Shown: positions 63,327 to 64,000 of the stretch, piece after piece
Position numbering within the stretch: the first letter of the stretch is position 1
Layout of the letters: the number at the start of each line of letters is the position of its first letter
DNA from: Cyanobacteria bacterium P01_A01_bin.123
GTDB lineage: Bacteria > Cyanobacteriota > Cyanobacteriia > Phormidesmidales > Phormidesmidaceae
DNA: 64,000 bases
Assembly: GCA_039815185.1 (NCBI GenBank)
Contig: JBCBZT010000019.1
Location: forward strand, 32,001-96,000
Reading direction: 5' to 3'
The notes under the pieces: generated by a model
Told to the model about the DNA's origin: nothing
Seen by the model: only the letters and a program-made list of their open reading frames with translations
Database searches by the model: none
Program-made: the position numbers and the translations under genes

Positions 63327-63736
63327 TCCCCATTTGAGCGGCGGATCGGGCGGGGGGAACGGCGAGGTTTTGAAGCGGGTGATCGTGGCCTTCTATCGCG
63401 ATCGCCGTCATCTCGATCCAGAGCCGTATTCTCACCATAAACATTCATCCGCACTTGAATCTCTGATAAGCTGCCTACCGCCTCAACAACCTTGCGAATA
63501 GCCTGGATATTACGGCCACCACGGCCAAAAACACGCCCACGATCCTCACCTTCAAAGGCAACTCGGATCAACATACGAGACCCGTGAGATAGCTTTTCAC
63601 AGTCGATGCTGAGCGCTTCACGAGATTCCAAGAAGGGCTCAACTAAAAACCGAACGAGCGCTTCAAAGTCGGGCAAAGAGGAAGATTCTAAGGCAGAAGA
63701 TGCGTCAGGATTGGGCACGGAGTTGCTCGAAGACAT
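63323..63736 (-). CDS. KH domain RNA-binding protein (KhpA-like)
   Basis: [17 protein letters not shown]; lies between rpsP and phoH. Confidence 0.92.
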   Translation of the reverse strand: MSSSNSVPNPDASSALESSSLPDFEALVRFLVEPFLESREALSIDCEKLSHGSRMLIRVAFEGEDRGRVFGRGGRNIQAIRKVVEAVGSLSEIQVRMNVYGENTALDRDDGDRDRRPRSPASKPRRSPRPIRRSNGD

Positions 63737-63959
63737 TCGCTTTCTCCAGAATGTGCTTGACAGTTTGAGTCGGTTGAGCGCCATCTTTGAGACGCTTCAA
63801 AATTGCAGGCACTTCTAGACGGGTCTCATCCGTACGGGGATTGTAAAAGCCAAGCTCTTCAAGAGGACGACCATCACGGCGATCGCGACTATCCATTGCC
63901 ACAATCCGATAGCTCACTTCCCGCTTCTTTCCGTAGCGCTTTAATCTCAGCTTAATCAT
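63705..63959 (-). CDS. rpsP: 30S ribosomal protein S16
   Basis: [12 protein letters not shown]...[25 protein letters not shown]. Confidence 0.98.
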   Translation of the reverse strand: MIKLRLKRYGKKREVSYRIVAMDSRDRRDGRPLEELGFYNPRTDETRLEVPAILKRLKDGAQPTQTVKHILEKANVFEQLRAQS

Positions 63960-64000
63960 AATCTCCGGCAACTAATCCTTTGGGCAGTAATGACTTAACT

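Overview
Chromosomal segment of a cyanobacterium: about 50% GC, dense HIP1 GCGATCGC octamers, and cyanobacterial gene orders lysA-cdaA-uppS and rpsP-KH-phoH. A filamentous Leptolyngbya-like lineage is my inference only. Most of the window is housekeeping: ruvB, rbp, coaX, gmd/fcl, hisIE, hemL, gap1, purN, dcd, rph, clpC, rimI, lysA, cdaA, uppS, rpmF, tRNA-Tyr/Thr, phoH and rpsP. It also carries signalling genes (three His kinases, a Ser/Thr kinase, an FHA protein, an ECF sigma). I saw no CRISPR array, integrase or transposase. Main things worth a second look: (1) a degenerate ~70-bp hairpin-ended intergenic repeat in about 10 copies, three of which carry different small elements inserted in the same central zone; (2) a 105-bp structured element in three copies with a compensatory base change; (3) an uncharacterised minus-strand gene run headed by a perfect cyanobacterial LexA box, encoding a lysozyme-like protein and a degenerate M23-like lipoprotein; (4) an FHA / MscS-DEP fusion / Ser-Thr kinase-TPR cluster; (5) a UppS with several substrate-binding residues replaced; (6) two homologous upstream regions in front of two small genes; (7) a decayed accessory patch next to tRNA-Thr. 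All calls come from reading motifs by eye; no database search or folding program was run.
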